Shown: one piece after another, positions 47,701-62,700 of the stretch
How positions within the stretch are numbered: position 1 is the stretch's first letter
Layout of the letters: the number at the start of each line of letters is the position of its first letter
Source of the DNA: Nemertoderma westbladi
Taxonomy: Eukaryota > Animalia > Xenacoelomorpha
Reading direction: 5' to 3'
Assembly (NCBI GenBank): GCA_032718475.1
Contig: JAUCBJ010007011.1
Coordinates: 1-64,000 of the forward strand
DNA length: 64,000 bases
Notes under the pieces: generated by a model
Told to the model about the DNA's origin: nothing
Database searches by the model: none
Seen by the model: the letters and a program-made list of their open reading frames with translations, nothing else
Made by a program: the position numbers and the translations under genes

Positions 47701-50700
47701 TATCAGCCTACGTCCCCGTAGTTGCTCACATTATGCTAACTTATCAGCCTACGTCCCCATAGTTGCTCACATTATGCTACTTATCAGCCTACGTCCCCGT
47801 AGTTGCTCACATTATGCGAACTTATCAGCCTACGTCCCCGTAGTTGCTCACATTATGCTAACTTATCAGCCTACGTCCCCGTAGTTGCTCACATTATGCT
47901 AACTTGTCAGCCTACGTCCCCGTAGTTGCTCACATTATGCTAACTTATCAGCCTACGTCCCCGTAGTTGCTCACATTATGCTAACTTATCAGCCTACGTC
48001 CCCGTAGTTGCTCACATTATGCTAACTTATCAGCCTACGGCCCCGTAGTTGCTCACATTATGCTAACTTATCAGCCTACGTCCCCGTAGTTGCTCACATT
48101 ATGCTAACTTATCAGCCTACGTCCCCGTAGTTGCTCACATTATGCTAACTTATCAGCCTACGTCCCCGTAGTTGCTCACATTATGCTAACTTATCAGCCT
48201 ACGGCCCCGTAGTTGCTCACATTATGCTAACTTATCAGCCTACGTATCCGTAGTTGCTCACATTATGCTAACTTATCAGCCTACGGCCCCGTAGTTGCTC
48301 ACATTATGCTAACTTATCAGCCTACGTCCCCGTAGTTGCTCACATTATGCTAACTTGTCAGCCTACGTCCCCGTAGTTGCTCACATTATGCTAACTTATC
48401 AGCCTACGTCCCCGTAGTTACTCACATTATTCTAACTTATCAGCCTACGTCCCCGTAGTTGCTCACATTATGCTAACTTATCAGCCTACGTCCCCGTAGT
48501 TGCTCACATTATGCTACTTATCAGCCTACGTCCCCGTAGTTGCTCACATTATGCTAACTTATCAGCCTACGTCCCCGTAGTTGCTCACATTATGCTAACT
48601 TATCAGCCTACGTCCCCGTAGTTGCTCACATTATGCTAACTTATCAGCCTACGTCCCCGTAGTTGCTCACATTATGCTAGCTAACTTATCAGCCTACGTC
48701 CCCGTAGTTGCTCACATTATGCTAACTTATCAGCCTACGTCCCCGTAGTTGCTCACATTATGCTAGCTAACTTATCAGCCTACGTCCCCGTAGTTGCTCA
48801 CATTATGCTAACTTATCAGCCATGCACGTCCCCGTAGTTGCTCACATTATGCTAACTTATCAGCCTACGTCCCCTTACTTGCTCACATTATGCTAACTTA
48901 TCAGCCTACGTCCCCGTAGTTGCTCACATTATGCTAACTTATCAGCCTACGTCCCCTTACTTGCTCACATTATGCTAACTTATCAGCCTACGTATCCGTA
49001 GTTGCTCACATTATGCTAACTTATCAGCCTACGGCCCCGTAGTTGCTCACATTATGCTAACTTATCAGCCTACGTCCCCGTAGTTGCTCACATTATGCTA
49101 ACTAACTTATCAGCCTACGTCCCCGTAGTTGCTCACATTATGCTACCTTATCAGCCTACGTCCCCGTAGTTACTCACATTATTCTAACTTATCAGCCTAC
49201 GTCCCCGTAGTTGCTCACATTATGCTAACTTATCAGCCTACGTCCCCGTAGTTGCTCACATTATGCTACTTATCAGCCTACGTCCCCGTAGTTGCTCACA
49301 TTATGCTAACTTATCAGCCTACGTCCCCGTAGTTGCTCACATTATCCTAACTTATCAGCCTACGTCCCCGTAGTTGCTCACATTATGCTAGCTTATCAGC
49401 CTACGTCCCCGTAGTTGCTCACATTATGCTAACTTATCAGCCTACGTCCCCGTAGTTGCTCACATTATGCTAACTTATCAGCCTACGACCCCATAGTTGC
49501 TCACATTATGCTAACTTATCAGCCTACGTACCCGTAGTTGCTCACATTATGCTAACTTATCAGCCTACGTCCCCGTAGTTGCTCACATTATGCTAACTTA
49601 TCATCCTACGTCCCCGTAGTTGCTCACATTATGCTAACTTATCAGCCTACGTCCCCGTAGTTGCTCACATTATGCTAACTTATCAGCCTACGTCCCCGTA
49701 GTTGCTCACATTATGCTAACCTATCAGCCACGGCCCCGTAGTTGCTCACATTATGCTAACTTATCAGCCTACGTCCCCGTAGTTGCTCACATTATGCTAA
49801 CTTATCAGCCTACGTCCCCGTAGTTGCTCACATTATGCTAACCTATCAGCCACGGCCCCGTAGTTGCTCACATTATGCTAACTTATCAGCCTACGTCCCC
49901 GTAGTTGCTCACATTATGCTAACTTATCAGCCTACGTCCCCGTAGTTGCTCACATTATGCTAACTTATCAGCCTACGTCCCCGTAGTTGCTCACATTATG
50001 CTAACTTATCAGCCTACGTCCCCGTAGTTGCTCACATTATGCTAACTTATCAGCCTACGTCCCCGTAGTTGCTCACATTATGCTAACTTATCAGCCTACG
50101 TCCCCGTAGTTGCTCACATTATGCTAACTTATCAGCCTACGGCCCCGTAGTTGCTCACATTATGCTAACTTATCAGCCTACGTCCCCGTAGTTGCTCACA
50201 TTATGCTAACTTATCAGCCTACGTCCCCGTAGTTGCTCACATTATGCTAACTTATCAGCCTACGACCCCGTAGTTGCTCACATTATGCTAACTTATCAGC
50301 CTACGTCCCCGTAGTTGCTCACATTATGCGAACTTATCAGCCTACGGTCCCCGTAGTTGCTCACATTATGCTAACTTATCAGCCTACGTCCCCGTAGTTG
50401 CTCACATTATGCTAACTTGTCAGCCTACGTCCCCGTAGTTGCTCACATTATGCTAACTTATCAGCCTACGTCCCCGTAGTTGCTCACATTATGCTAACTT
50501 ATCAGCCTACGTCCCCGTAGTTGCTCACATTATGCTAACTTATCAGCCTACGTCCCCGTAGTTGCTCACATTATGCTAACTTATCAGCCTACGTCCCCGT
50601 AGTTGCTCACATTATGCTAACTTATCAGCCTACGTCCCCGTAGTTGCTCACATTATGCTAACTTATCAGCCTACGTCCCCGTAGTTGCTCACATTATGCT

Positions 50701-53700
50701 AACTTATCAGCCTACGTCCCCGTAGTTGCTCACATTATGCTAACTTATCAGCCTACGTCCCCGTAGTTGCTCACATTATGCTAACTTATCAGCCTACGTC
50801 CCCGTAGTTGCTCACATTATGCTAACTTATCAGCCTACGTCCCCGTAGTTGCTCACATTATGCTAACTTATCAGCCTACGACCCCGTAGTTGCTCACATT
50901 ATGCTAACTTATCAGCCTACGTCCCCGTAGTTGCTCACATTATGCTAACTTATCAGCCTACGGTCCCCGTAGTTGCTCACATTATGCTAACTTATCAGCC
51001 TACGTCCCCGTAGTTGCTCACATTATGCTAACTTATCAGCCTACGTCCCCGTAGTTGCTCACATTATGCTAACTTATCAGCCTACGTCCCCGTAGTTGCT
51101 CACATTATGCTAACTTATCAGCCTACGTCCCCGTAGTTGCTCACATTATGCTAACTTATCAGCCTACGGCCCCGTAGTTGCTCACATTATGCTAACTTAT
51201 CAGCCTACGTCCCCGTAGTTGCTCACATTATGCTAACTTATCAGCCTACGTCCCCGTAGTTGCTCACATTATGCTAACTTATCAGCCTACGTCCCCGTAG
51301 TTGCTCACATTATGCTAACTTATCAGCCTACGTCCCCGTAGTTGCTCACATTATGCTAACTTATCAGCCTACGTCCCCGTAGTTGCTCACATTATGCTAA
51401 CTTATCAGCCTACGTCCCCGTAGTTGCTCACATTATGCTAACCTATCAGCCACGGCCCCGTAGTTGCTCACATTATGCTAACTTATCAGCCTACGTCCCC
51501 GTAGTTGCTCACATTATGCTAACTTATCAGCCTACGTCCCCGTAGTTGCTCACATTATGCTAACTTATCAGCCTACGTCCCCGTAGTTGCTCACATTATG
51601 CTAACTTATCAGCCTACGTCCCCGTAGTTGCTCACATTATGCTAACTTATCAGCCTACGTCCCCGTAGTTGCTCACATTATGCTAACTTATCAGCCTACG
51701 TCCCCGTAGTTGCTCACATTATGCTAACTTATCAGCCTACGGCCCCGTAGTTGCTCACATTATGCTAACTTATCAGCCTACGTATCCGTAGTTGCTCACA
51801 TTATGCTAACTTATCAGCCTACGTCTCCGTAGTTGCTCACATTATGCTAACTTATCAGCCTACGGCCCCGTAGTTGCTCACATTATGCTAGCTAACTTAT
51901 CAGCCTACGTCCCCGTAGTTGCTCACATTATGCTAACTTATCAGCCTACGTCCCCGTAGTTGCTCACATTATGCTAACTTATCAGCCTACGTCCCCGTAG
52001 TTGCTCACATTATGCTAACTTATCAGCCTACGTCCCCGTAGTTGCTCACATTATGCTAACTTATCAGCCTACGTCCCCGTAGTTGCTCACATTATGCTAG
52101 CTAACTTATCAGCCTACGTCCCCGTAGTTGCTCACATTATGCTAACTTATCAGCCTACGGCTCCGTAGTTGCTCACATTATGCTAACTTATCAGCCTACG
52201 TCCCCGTAGTTGCTCACATTATGCTAGCTAACTTATCAGCCTACGTCCCCGTAGTTGCTCACATTATGCTAACTTATCAGCCTACGGCTCCGTAGTTGCT
52301 CACATTATGCTATCTTATCAGCCTACGTCCCCGTAGTTGCTCACATTATGCTAACTTATCAGCCTACGTCCCCGTAGTTGCTCACATTATGCTAACTTAT
52401 CAGCCTACGGCTCCGTAGTTGCTCACATTATGCTAGCTAACTTATCAGCCTACGTCCCCGTAGTTGCTCACATTATGCTAACTTATCAGCCTACGTCCCC
52501 GTAGTTGCTCACATTATGCTAACTTATCAGCCTACGGCCCCGTAGTTGCTCACATTATGCTAACTTATCAGCCTACGTCCCCGTAGTTGCTCACCTTATG
52601 CTAACTTATCAGCCTACGTCCCCGTAGTTGCTCACATTATGCTAACTTATCAGCCTACGTCCCCGTAGTTGCTCACATTATGCTAACTTATCAGCCTACG
52701 GCTCCGTAGTTGCTCACATTATGCTAGCTAACTTATCAGCCTACGTCCCCGTAGTTGCTCACATTATGCTAACTTATCAGCCTACGTCCCCGTAGTTGCT
52801 CACATTATGCTAACTTATCAGCCTACGTCCCCGTAGTTGCTCACATTATGCTAACTTATCAGCCTACGTCCCCGTAGTTGCTCACATTATGCTAACTTAT
52901 CAGCCTACGTCCCCGTAGTTGCTCACATTATGCTAACTTATCAGCCTACGTCCCCGTAGTTGCTCACATTATGCTAGCTAACTTATCAGCCTACGTCCCC
53001 GTAGTTGCTCACATTATGCTAACTTATCAGCCTACGTCCCCGTAGTTGCTCACATTATGCTAACTTATCAGCCTACGTCCCCGTAGTTGCTCACATTATG
53101 CTAGCTAACTTATCAGCCTACGTCCCCGTAGTTGCTCACATTATGCTAACTTATCAGCCTACGTCCCCGTAGTTGCTCACATTATGCTAACTTATCAGCC
53201 TACGTCCCCGTAGTTGCTCACATTATGCTAACTTATCAGCCTACGTCCCCGTAGTTGCTCACATTATGCTAGCTAACTTATCAGCCTACGTCCCCGTAGT
53301 TGCTCACATTATGCTAACTTATCAGCCTACGTCCCCGTAGTTGCTCACATTATGCTAACTTATCAGCCTACGTCCCCGTAGTTGCTCACATTATGCTAAC
53401 TTACTTATCAGCCTACGTCCCCGTAGTTGCTCACATTATGCTAAATTATCAGCCACGTCCCCGTAGTTGCTCACATTATGCTAACTTATCAGCCTACGTC
53501 CCCGTAGTTGCTCACATTATGCTAGCTAACTTATCAGCCTACGTCCCCGTAGTTGCTCACATTATGCTACTTATCAGCCTACGTCCCCGTAGTTGCTCAC
53601 ATTATGCTAACTTATCAGCCTACGTCCCCGTAGTTGCTCACATTATGCTAGCTAACTTATCAGCCTACGTCCCCGTAGTTGCTCACATTATGCTAACTTA

Positions 53701-56700
53701 TCAGCCTACGGCCCCGTAGTTGCTCACATTATGCTAACTTATCAGCCTACGTCCCCGTAGTTGCTCACATTATGCTAACTTATCAGCCTACGTCCCCGTA
53801 GTTGCTCACATTATGCTAACTTATCAGCCTACGTCCCCGTAGTTGCTCACATTATGCTAACTTATCAGCCTACGTCCCCGTAGTTGCTCACATTATGCTA
53901 ACTTATCAGCCTACGTCCCCGTAGTTGCTCACATTATGCTAACTTATCAGCCTACGTCCCCGTAGTTGCTCACATTATGCTAGCTAACTTATCAGCCTAC
54001 GTCCCCGTAGTTGCTCACATTATGCTAACTTATCAGCCTACGTCCCCGTAGTTGCTCACATTATGCTAACTTATCAGCCTACGTCCCCGTAGTTGCTCAC
54101 ATTATGCTAGCTAACTTATCAGCCTACGTCCCCGTAGTTGCTCACATTATGCTAACTTATCAGCCTACGTCCCCGTAGTTGCTCACATTATGTTAACTTA
54201 TCAGCCTACGTCCCCGTAGTTGCTCACATTATGCTAACTTACTTATCAGCCTACGTCCCCGTAGTTGCTCACATTATGCTAACTTATCAGCCACGTCCCC
54301 GTAGTTGCTCACATTATGCTAACTTATCAGCCTACGTACCCGTAGTTGCTCACATTATGCTAACTTATCAGCCTACGTCCCCGTAGTTGCTCACATTATG
54401 CTACTTATCAGCCTACGTCCCCGTAGTTGCTCACATTATGCTAACTTATCAGCCTACGTCCCCGTAGTTGCTCACATTATGCTAGCTAACTTATCAGCCT
54501 ACGTCCCCGTAGTTGCTCACATTATGCTCACTTATCAGCCTACGGCCCCGTAGTTGCTCACATTATGCTAACTTATCAGCCTACGTCCCCGTAGTTGCTC
54601 ACATTATGCTAACTTATCACCCTACGTCCCCGTAGTTGCTCACATTATGCTACTTATCAGCCTACGTCCCCGTAGTTGCTCACATTATGCTAACTTATCA
54701 GCCTACGTCCCCGTAGTTGCTCACATTATGCTAACTTATCAGCCTACGTCCCCGTAGTTGCTCACATTATGCTAACTTATCAGCCTACGTCCCCGTAGTT
54801 GCTCACATTATGCTAGCTAACTTATCAGCCTACGTCCCCGTAGTTGCTCACATTATGCTAACTTATCAGCCTACGTCCCCGTAGTTGCTCACATTATGCT
54901 AACTTATCAGCCTACGTCCCCGTAGTTGCTCACATTATGCTAACTTATCAGCCTACGTCCCCGTAGTTGCTCACATTATGCTAACTTATCAGCCTACGTC
55001 CCCGTAGTTGCTCACATTATGCTAACTTATCAGCCTACGTCCCCGTAGTTGCTCACATTATGCTAACTTATCAGCCTACGTCCCCGTAGTTGCTCACATT
55101 ATGCTAACTTACTTATCAGCCTACGTCCCCGTAGTTGCTCACATTATGCTAACTTATCAGCCACGTCCCCGTAGTTGCTCACATTATGCTAACTTATCAG
55201 CCTACGTACCCGTAGTTGCTCACATTATGCTAACTTATCAGCCTACGTCCCCGTAGTTGCTCACATTATGCTACTTATCAGCCTACGTCCCCGTAGTTGC
55301 TCACATTATGCTAACTTATCAGCCTACGTCCCCGTCGTTGCTCACATTATGCTAGCTAACTTATCAGCCTACGTCCCCGTAGTTGCTCACATTATGCTAA
55401 CTTATCAGCCTACGACCCCGTAGTTGCTCACATTATGCTAACTTATCAGCCTACGTCCCCGTAGTTGCTCACATTATGCCAGCTAACTTATCAGCCTACG
55501 ACCCCGTAGTTGCTCACATTATGCTAACTTATCAGCCTACGTCCCCGTAGTTGCTCACATTATGCCAGCTAACTTATCAGCCTACGTCCCCGTTGTTGCT
55601 CACATTATGCTAACTTATCAGCCTACGTCCCCGTAGTTGCTCACATTATGCTAACTTATCAGCCTACGGCCCCGTAGTTGCTCACATTATGCTAACTTAT
55701 CAGCCTACGTCCCCGTAGTTGCTCACATTATGCTAACTTATCAGCCTACGTCACCGTAGTTGCTCACATTATGCTAACTTATCAGCCTACGTCCCCGTAG
55801 TTGCTCACATTATGCTAACTTATCAGCCTACGTCCCCGTAGTTGCTCACATTATGCTAACTTATCAGCCTACGTCCCCGTAGTTGCTCACATTATGCTAA
55901 CTTATCAGCCTACGCCCCGTAGTTGCTCACATTATGCTAACTTATCAGCCTACGTCCCCGTAGTTGCTCACATTATGCTAACTTATCAGCCTACGTCCCC
56001 GTAGTTGCTCACATTATGCTAACTTATCAGCCTACGTCCCCGTAGTTGCTCACATTATGCTAACTTATCAGCCTACGTCCCCGTAGTTGCTCACATTATG
56101 CTAACTTATCAGCCTACGTCCCCGTAGTTCTCACATTATGCTAACTTATCAGCCTACGTCCCCGTAGTTGCTCACATTATGCTAACTTATCAGCCTACGT
56201 CCCCGTAGTTGCTCACATTATGCTAGCTAACTTATCAGCCTACGTCCCCGTAGTTGCTCACATTATGCTAACTTATCAGCCTACGTCCCCGTAGTTGCTC
56301 ACATTATGTAACTTATCAGCCTACGTCCCCGTGTTGCTCACATATGCTAACTTATCAGCCTACGTCCCCGTCGTTGCTCACATTATGCTAACTTATCAGC
56401 CTACGTCCCCGTAGTTGCTCACATTATGCTAACTTATCAGCCTACGTCCCCGTAGTTGCTCACATTATGCTAACTTATCAGCCTACGTCCCCGTAGTTGC
56501 TCACATTATGCCAGCTAACTTATCAGCCTACGACCCCGTAGTTGCTCACATTATGCTAACTTATCAGCCTACGTCCCCGTAGTTGCTCACATTATGCCAG
56601 CTAACTTATCAGCCTACGTCCCCGTTGTTGCTCACATTATGCTAACTTATCAGCCTACGTCCCCGTAGTTGCTCACATTATGCTAACTTATCAGCCTACG

Positions 56701-59700
56701 GCCCCGTAGTTGCTCACATTATGCTAACTTATCAGCCTACGTCCCCGTAGTTGCTCACATTATGCTAACTTATCAGCCTACGTCACCGTAGTTGCTCACA
56801 TTATGCTAACTTATCAGCCTACGTCCCCGTAGTTGCTCACATTATGCTAACTTATCAGCCTACGTCCCCGTAGTTGCTCACATTATGCTAACTTATCAGC
56901 CTACGTCCCCGTAGTTGCTCACATTATGCTAACTTATCAGCCTACGGCCCCGTAGTTGCTCACATTATGCTAACTTATCAGCCTACGTCCCCGTAGTTGC
57001 TCACATTATGCTAGCTAACTTATCAGCCTACGTCCCCGTAGTTGCTCACATTATGCTAACTTATCAGCCTACGTCCCCGTAGTTGCTCACATTATGCTAA
57101 CTTATCAGCCTACGTCCCCGTAGTTGCTCACATTATGCTAGCTAACTTATCAGCCTACGTCCCCGTAGTTACTCACATTATGCTAACTTATCAGCCTACG
57201 TCCCCGTAGTTGCTCACATTATGCTAACTTATCAGCCTACGGCCCCGTAGTTGCTCACATTATGCTAGCTAACTTATCAGCCTACGTCCCCGTAGTTGCT
57301 CACATTATGCTAACTTATCAGCCTACGTCCCCGTAGTTGCTCACATTATGTTAACTTATCAGCCTACGTCCCCGTTGTTGCTCACATTATGCTAACTTAT
57401 CAGCCTACGTCTCCGTTGTTGCTCACATTATGCTAACTTATCAGAGCCTACGTCCCCGTTGTTGCTCACATTATGCTAACTTATCAGCCTACGTCCCCGT
57501 AGTTGCTCACATTATGCTAACTTATCAGGCTACGTCCCCGTAGTTGCTCACACTATGCTAACTTATCAGCCTACGGCCCCGTTGTTGCTCACATTATGCT
57601 AACTTATCAGCCTACGGCCCCGTAGTTGCTCACATTATGCTAACTTATCAGCCTACGGCCCCGTAGTTGCTCACACATTATGCTAGCTAACTTATCAGGC
57701 TACGTCCCCGTAGTTGCTCACATTATGCTAACTTATCACCCTACGTCCCCGTAGTTGCTCACATTATGCTAACTTATCAGCCTACGTCCCCGTAGTTGCT
57801 CACATTATGCTAACTTATCAGTCTTTGCAGGACATTGCTTTCGCCGTGAGGACCAGCCAGTGCATAATCTTGTACTTTGGCAGCCTCATGGAGTGAATAA
57901 GCATGGTGGACAGCCCATGACTTTCTTGAGACGCATCTTAAAGGACACTGGCCTTAAAGATGCGGATGATCTAGCAAATGTCATGGGTGATAGGGAGTTG
58001 TGGCGGTGCAATTTTGTTGACAAGCCGGCACAGCATTCTTAAAAATGCAGCTGCAATGCAGCATGCCGATCCTAGTAGTAGTATCAGCCTACGTCCCCGT
58101 TGTTGTTCACATTATGCTAACTTATCAGCCTACGTCTCCGTTGTTGCTCACATTATGCTAACTTATCAGAGCCTACGTCCCCGTTGTTGCTCACATTATG
58201 CTAACTTATCAGCCTACGTCCCCGTAGTTGCTCACATTATGCTAACTTATCAGCCTACGTCTCCGTTGTTGCTCACATTATACTTACTTATCAGAGCCTA
58301 CGTCCCCGTTGTTGCTCACATTATGCTAACTTATCAGCCCACGGCCCCGTAGTTGCTCACATTATACTAACTTATCAGCCTACGTCCCCGTAGTTGCTCA
58401 CATTATTCTAACTTATCAGCCTACGTCCCCGTAGTTGCTCACATTATACTAACTTATCAGCCTACGTCCCCGTAGTTGCTCACATTATGCTAACTTATCA
58501 GCCTACGTCCCCGTTGTTGCTCACATTATGCTAACTTATCAGCCTACGTATCCGTAGTTGCTCACATTATGCTAACTTATCAGCCCACGGCCCCGTAGTT
58601 GCTCACATTATACTAACTTATCAGCCTACGTCCCCGTAGTTGCTCACATTATGCTAACCTATCAGCCTACGTCCCCGTAGTTGCTCACATTATGCTAACT
58701 TATCAGTCTACGTCCCCGTAGTTGCTAACATTATGTTAACTTATCAGCCTACGTCCCCGTAGTTGCTCACATTATGCTAACTTATCAGCCTACGTCCCCG
58801 TAGTTACTCACATTATGCTAACTTATCAGCCTACGTCCCCGTTGTTGCTCACATTATGCTAACTTATCAGCCTACGTCCCCGTAGTTGCTTATATTATAC
58901 TAACTTATCAGCCTACGTCCCCGTAGTTGCTCACATTATGTTAACTTATCAGCCTACGTCCCCGTAGTTGCTCACATTATGCTAACTTATCAGCCTACGT
59001 CCCCTTAGTTGCTCACATTATGCTAACATATCAGCCTACGGCCCCGTTGTTGCTCACATTATGCTAACTTATCAGCCTACGTCCCCGTAGTTGCTCACAT
59101 TATGCTAACTTATCAGCCTACGGCCCCGTAGTTGCTCATATTATGCTAACTGATCAGCCTACGTCCCCGCAGTTGCTCACATTATGCTAACTTATCAGCC
59201 TACGTCCCCGTAGTTGCTCACATTATGCTAACTTATCAGCCTACGTCCCCGTAGTTGCTCACATTATGTTAACTTATCAGCCTACGTCCCCGTAGTTGCT
59301 CACATTATGCTAACTTATCAGCCTACGTCTCCATAGTTGCTTATATTATACTAACTTATCAGCCTACGTCCCCGTAGTTGCTCACATTATGCTAACTTAT
59401 CAGCCAACGTCCCCGTAGTTGCTCACATTATGCTAACTTATCAGCCTACGTCCCCGTAGTTGCTCACATTATGCTAACTTATCAGCCAACGTCCCCGTAG
59501 TTGCTCACATTATGCTAACTTATCAGCCTACGTCCCCTTAGTTGCTCACATTATGCTAACTTATCAGCCTACGTCCCCGTAGTTGCTCACATTATGCTAA
59601 CTTATCAGCCTACGTCCCCGTAGTTGCTCACATTATGCTAACTTATCAGCCTACGTCCCCGTAGTTGCTCACATTATGCTAACTTATCAGCCTACGTCCC

Positions 59701-62700
59701 CGTAGTTGCTCACATTATGCTAGCTAACTTATCAGCCTACGTCCCCGTAGTTGCTCACATTATGCTAACTTATCAGCCTACGTCCCCGTAGTTGCTCACA
59801 TTATGCTAGCTAACTTATCAGCCTACGTCCCCGTAGTTGCTCACATTATGCTAACTTATCAGCCTACGTCCCCGTAGTTGCTCACATTATGCTAGCTAAC
59901 TTATCAGCCTACGTCCCCGTAGTTGCTCACATTATGCTAACTTATCAGCCTACGGCTCCGTAGTTGCTCACAGTATGCTAACTTATCAGCCTACGTCCCC
60001 GTAGTTGCTCACATTATGCTAACTTATCAGCCTACGTCCCCGTAGTTGCTCACATTATGCTAGCTAACTTATCAGCCTACGTCCCCGTAGTTGCTCACAT
60101 TATGCTAACTTATCAGCCTACGGCTCCGTAGTTGCTCACATTATGCTAACTTATCAGCCTACGTCCCCGTAGTTGCTCACATTATGCTAACTTATCAGCC
60201 TACGTCCTCGTTGTTGCTCACATTATGCTAGCTAACTTATCAGCCTACGTCCCCGTAGTTGCTCACATTATGCTAGCTAACTTATCAGCCTACGTCCCCG
60301 TAGTTGCTCACATTATGCTAACTTATCAGCCTACGTCCCCGTAGTTGCTCACATTATGCTAGCTAACTTATCAGCCTACGTCCCCGTTGTTGCTCACATT
60401 ATGCTAACTTATCAGCCTACGTCCCCGTAGTTGCTCACATTATGCAACTTATCAGCCTACGTCCCCGTAGTTGCTCACATTATGCTAACTTATCAGCCTA
60501 CGTCCCCGTAGTTGCTCACATTATGCAACTTATCAGCCTACGTCCCCGTAGTTGCTCACATTATGCTAACTTATCAGCCTACGGCCCTGTAGTTGCTCAC
60601 ATTATGCTAACTTATCAGCCTACGTCCCCGTTGTTGCTCACATTATGCTAACTTATCAGCCTACGGCCCCGTAGTTGCTCACATTATGCTAACTTATCAG
60701 CCTACGTCCCCGTTGTTGCTCACATTATGCTAACTTATCAGCCTACGTTGCCGTAGTTGCTCACATTATGCTAACTTATCAGCCTACGTCCCCGTAGTTG
60801 CTCACAGTATGTTAACTTATCAGCCTACGTCCCCGCAGTTGCTCACATTATGCTAACTTATCAGCCTACGTCCCCGTAGTTGCTCACATTATGCTAACTT
60901 ATCAGCCTACGTCCCCGTCGTTGCTCACATTATGCTAACTTATCAGCCTACGGCCCCGTAGTTGCTCACATTATGCTAACTTATCAGCCTACGTCCCCGT
61001 AGTTGCTCACAATGCTAACTTATCAGCCTACGTCCCCGTAGTTACTCACATTATGCTAGCTAACTTATCAGCCTACGTCCCCGTAGTTGCTCACATTATG
61101 CTAACTTATCAGAGCCTACGTCCCCGTTGTTGCTCACATTATGCAACTTATCAGCCTACGTCCCCGTAGTTGCTCACATTATGCTAACTTATCAGCCTAC
61201 GTCTCCGTAGTTGCTCACATTATGCTAACTTATCAGCCTACGTCCCCGTAGTTGCTCACATTATGCTAACTTATCAGCCTACGTCCCCGTTGTTGCTCAC
61301 ATTATGTTAACTTATCAGCCTACGTCCCCGTAGTTGCTCACATTATGCTAACTTATCAGCCTACGTCCCCGTAGTTGCTCACATTATGCTAACTTATCAG
61401 CCTACGTCCCCGTTGTTGCTCACATTATGTTAACTTATCAGCCTACGTCCCCGTAGTTGCTCACATTATGCTAACTTATCAGCCTACGGCCCCGTAGTTG
61501 CTCACATTATGCTAGCTAACATATCTGCCTACGACCCCGTAGTTGCTCACATTATGCTAGCTAACTTATCAGCCTACGTCCCCGTTGTTGCTCACATTAT
61601 GTTAACTTATCAGCCTACGTCCCCGTAGTTGCTCACATTATGCTAACTTATCAGCCTACGGCCCCGTAGTTGCTCACATTATGCTAGCTAACATATCAGC
61701 CTACGTCCCCGTAGTTGCTCACATTATGCTAACTTATCAGCCTACGTTCCCGTAGTTGCTCACATTATGCTAACTTATCAGCCTACGTCCCCGTAGTTGC
61801 TCACATTATGCTAACTTATCAGCCTACGTCCCCGTAGTTGCTCACATTATGCTAACTTATCAGACTACGTCCCCGTAGTTGCTCACATTATGCTAACTTA
61901 TCAGCCTACGTCCCCGTAGTTGCTCACATTATGCTAACTTATCAGACTACGTACCCGTAGTTGCTCACATTATGCTAACTTATCAGCCTACGTCCCCGTA
62001 GTTGCTCACATTATGCTAACTTATCAGCCTACGTCCCCGTAGTTGCTCACATTATGCTAACTTATCAGCCTACGCCCCCGTAGTTGCTCACATTATGCTA
62101 GCTAACTTATCAGCCTACGTCCCCGTTGTTGCTTACATTATGCTAACTTATCAGCCTACGTCCCCGTTGTTGCTCACATTATGCTAAGTTATCAGCCTAC
62201 GTCCCCGTAGTTGCTCACATTATGCTAGCTAACTTATCAGCCTACGTCCCCGTAGTTGCTCACATTATGCTAACTTATCAGCCTACGTCCCCGTAGTTGC
62301 TCACATTATGTTAACTTATCAGCCTACGTCCCCGTAGTTGCTCACATTATGCTAACTTATCAGCCTACGTCCCCGTAGTTACTCACATTATGTTAACTTA
62401 TCAGCCTACGTCCCCGTAGTTGCTCACATTATGCTAACTTATCAGCCTACGTCCCCGTAGTTACTCACATTATGCTAACTTATCAGCCTACGTCCCCGTA
62501 GTTGCTCGCATTATGTTAACTTATCAGCCTACGTCCCCGTAGTTGCTCACATTATGCTAACTTATCAGCCTACGTCCCCGTAGTTGCTCACATTATGCTA
62601 GCTAACTTATCAGCCTACGTCCCCGTAGTTGCTCACATTATGCTAACTTATCAGAGCCTACGTCCCCGTTGTTGCTCACATTATGCAACTTATCAGCCTA

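Noticed and set aside
53393-60651. ORFs within the satellite
   Set aside because: They arise where slippage variants shift the frame past the recurring stops.
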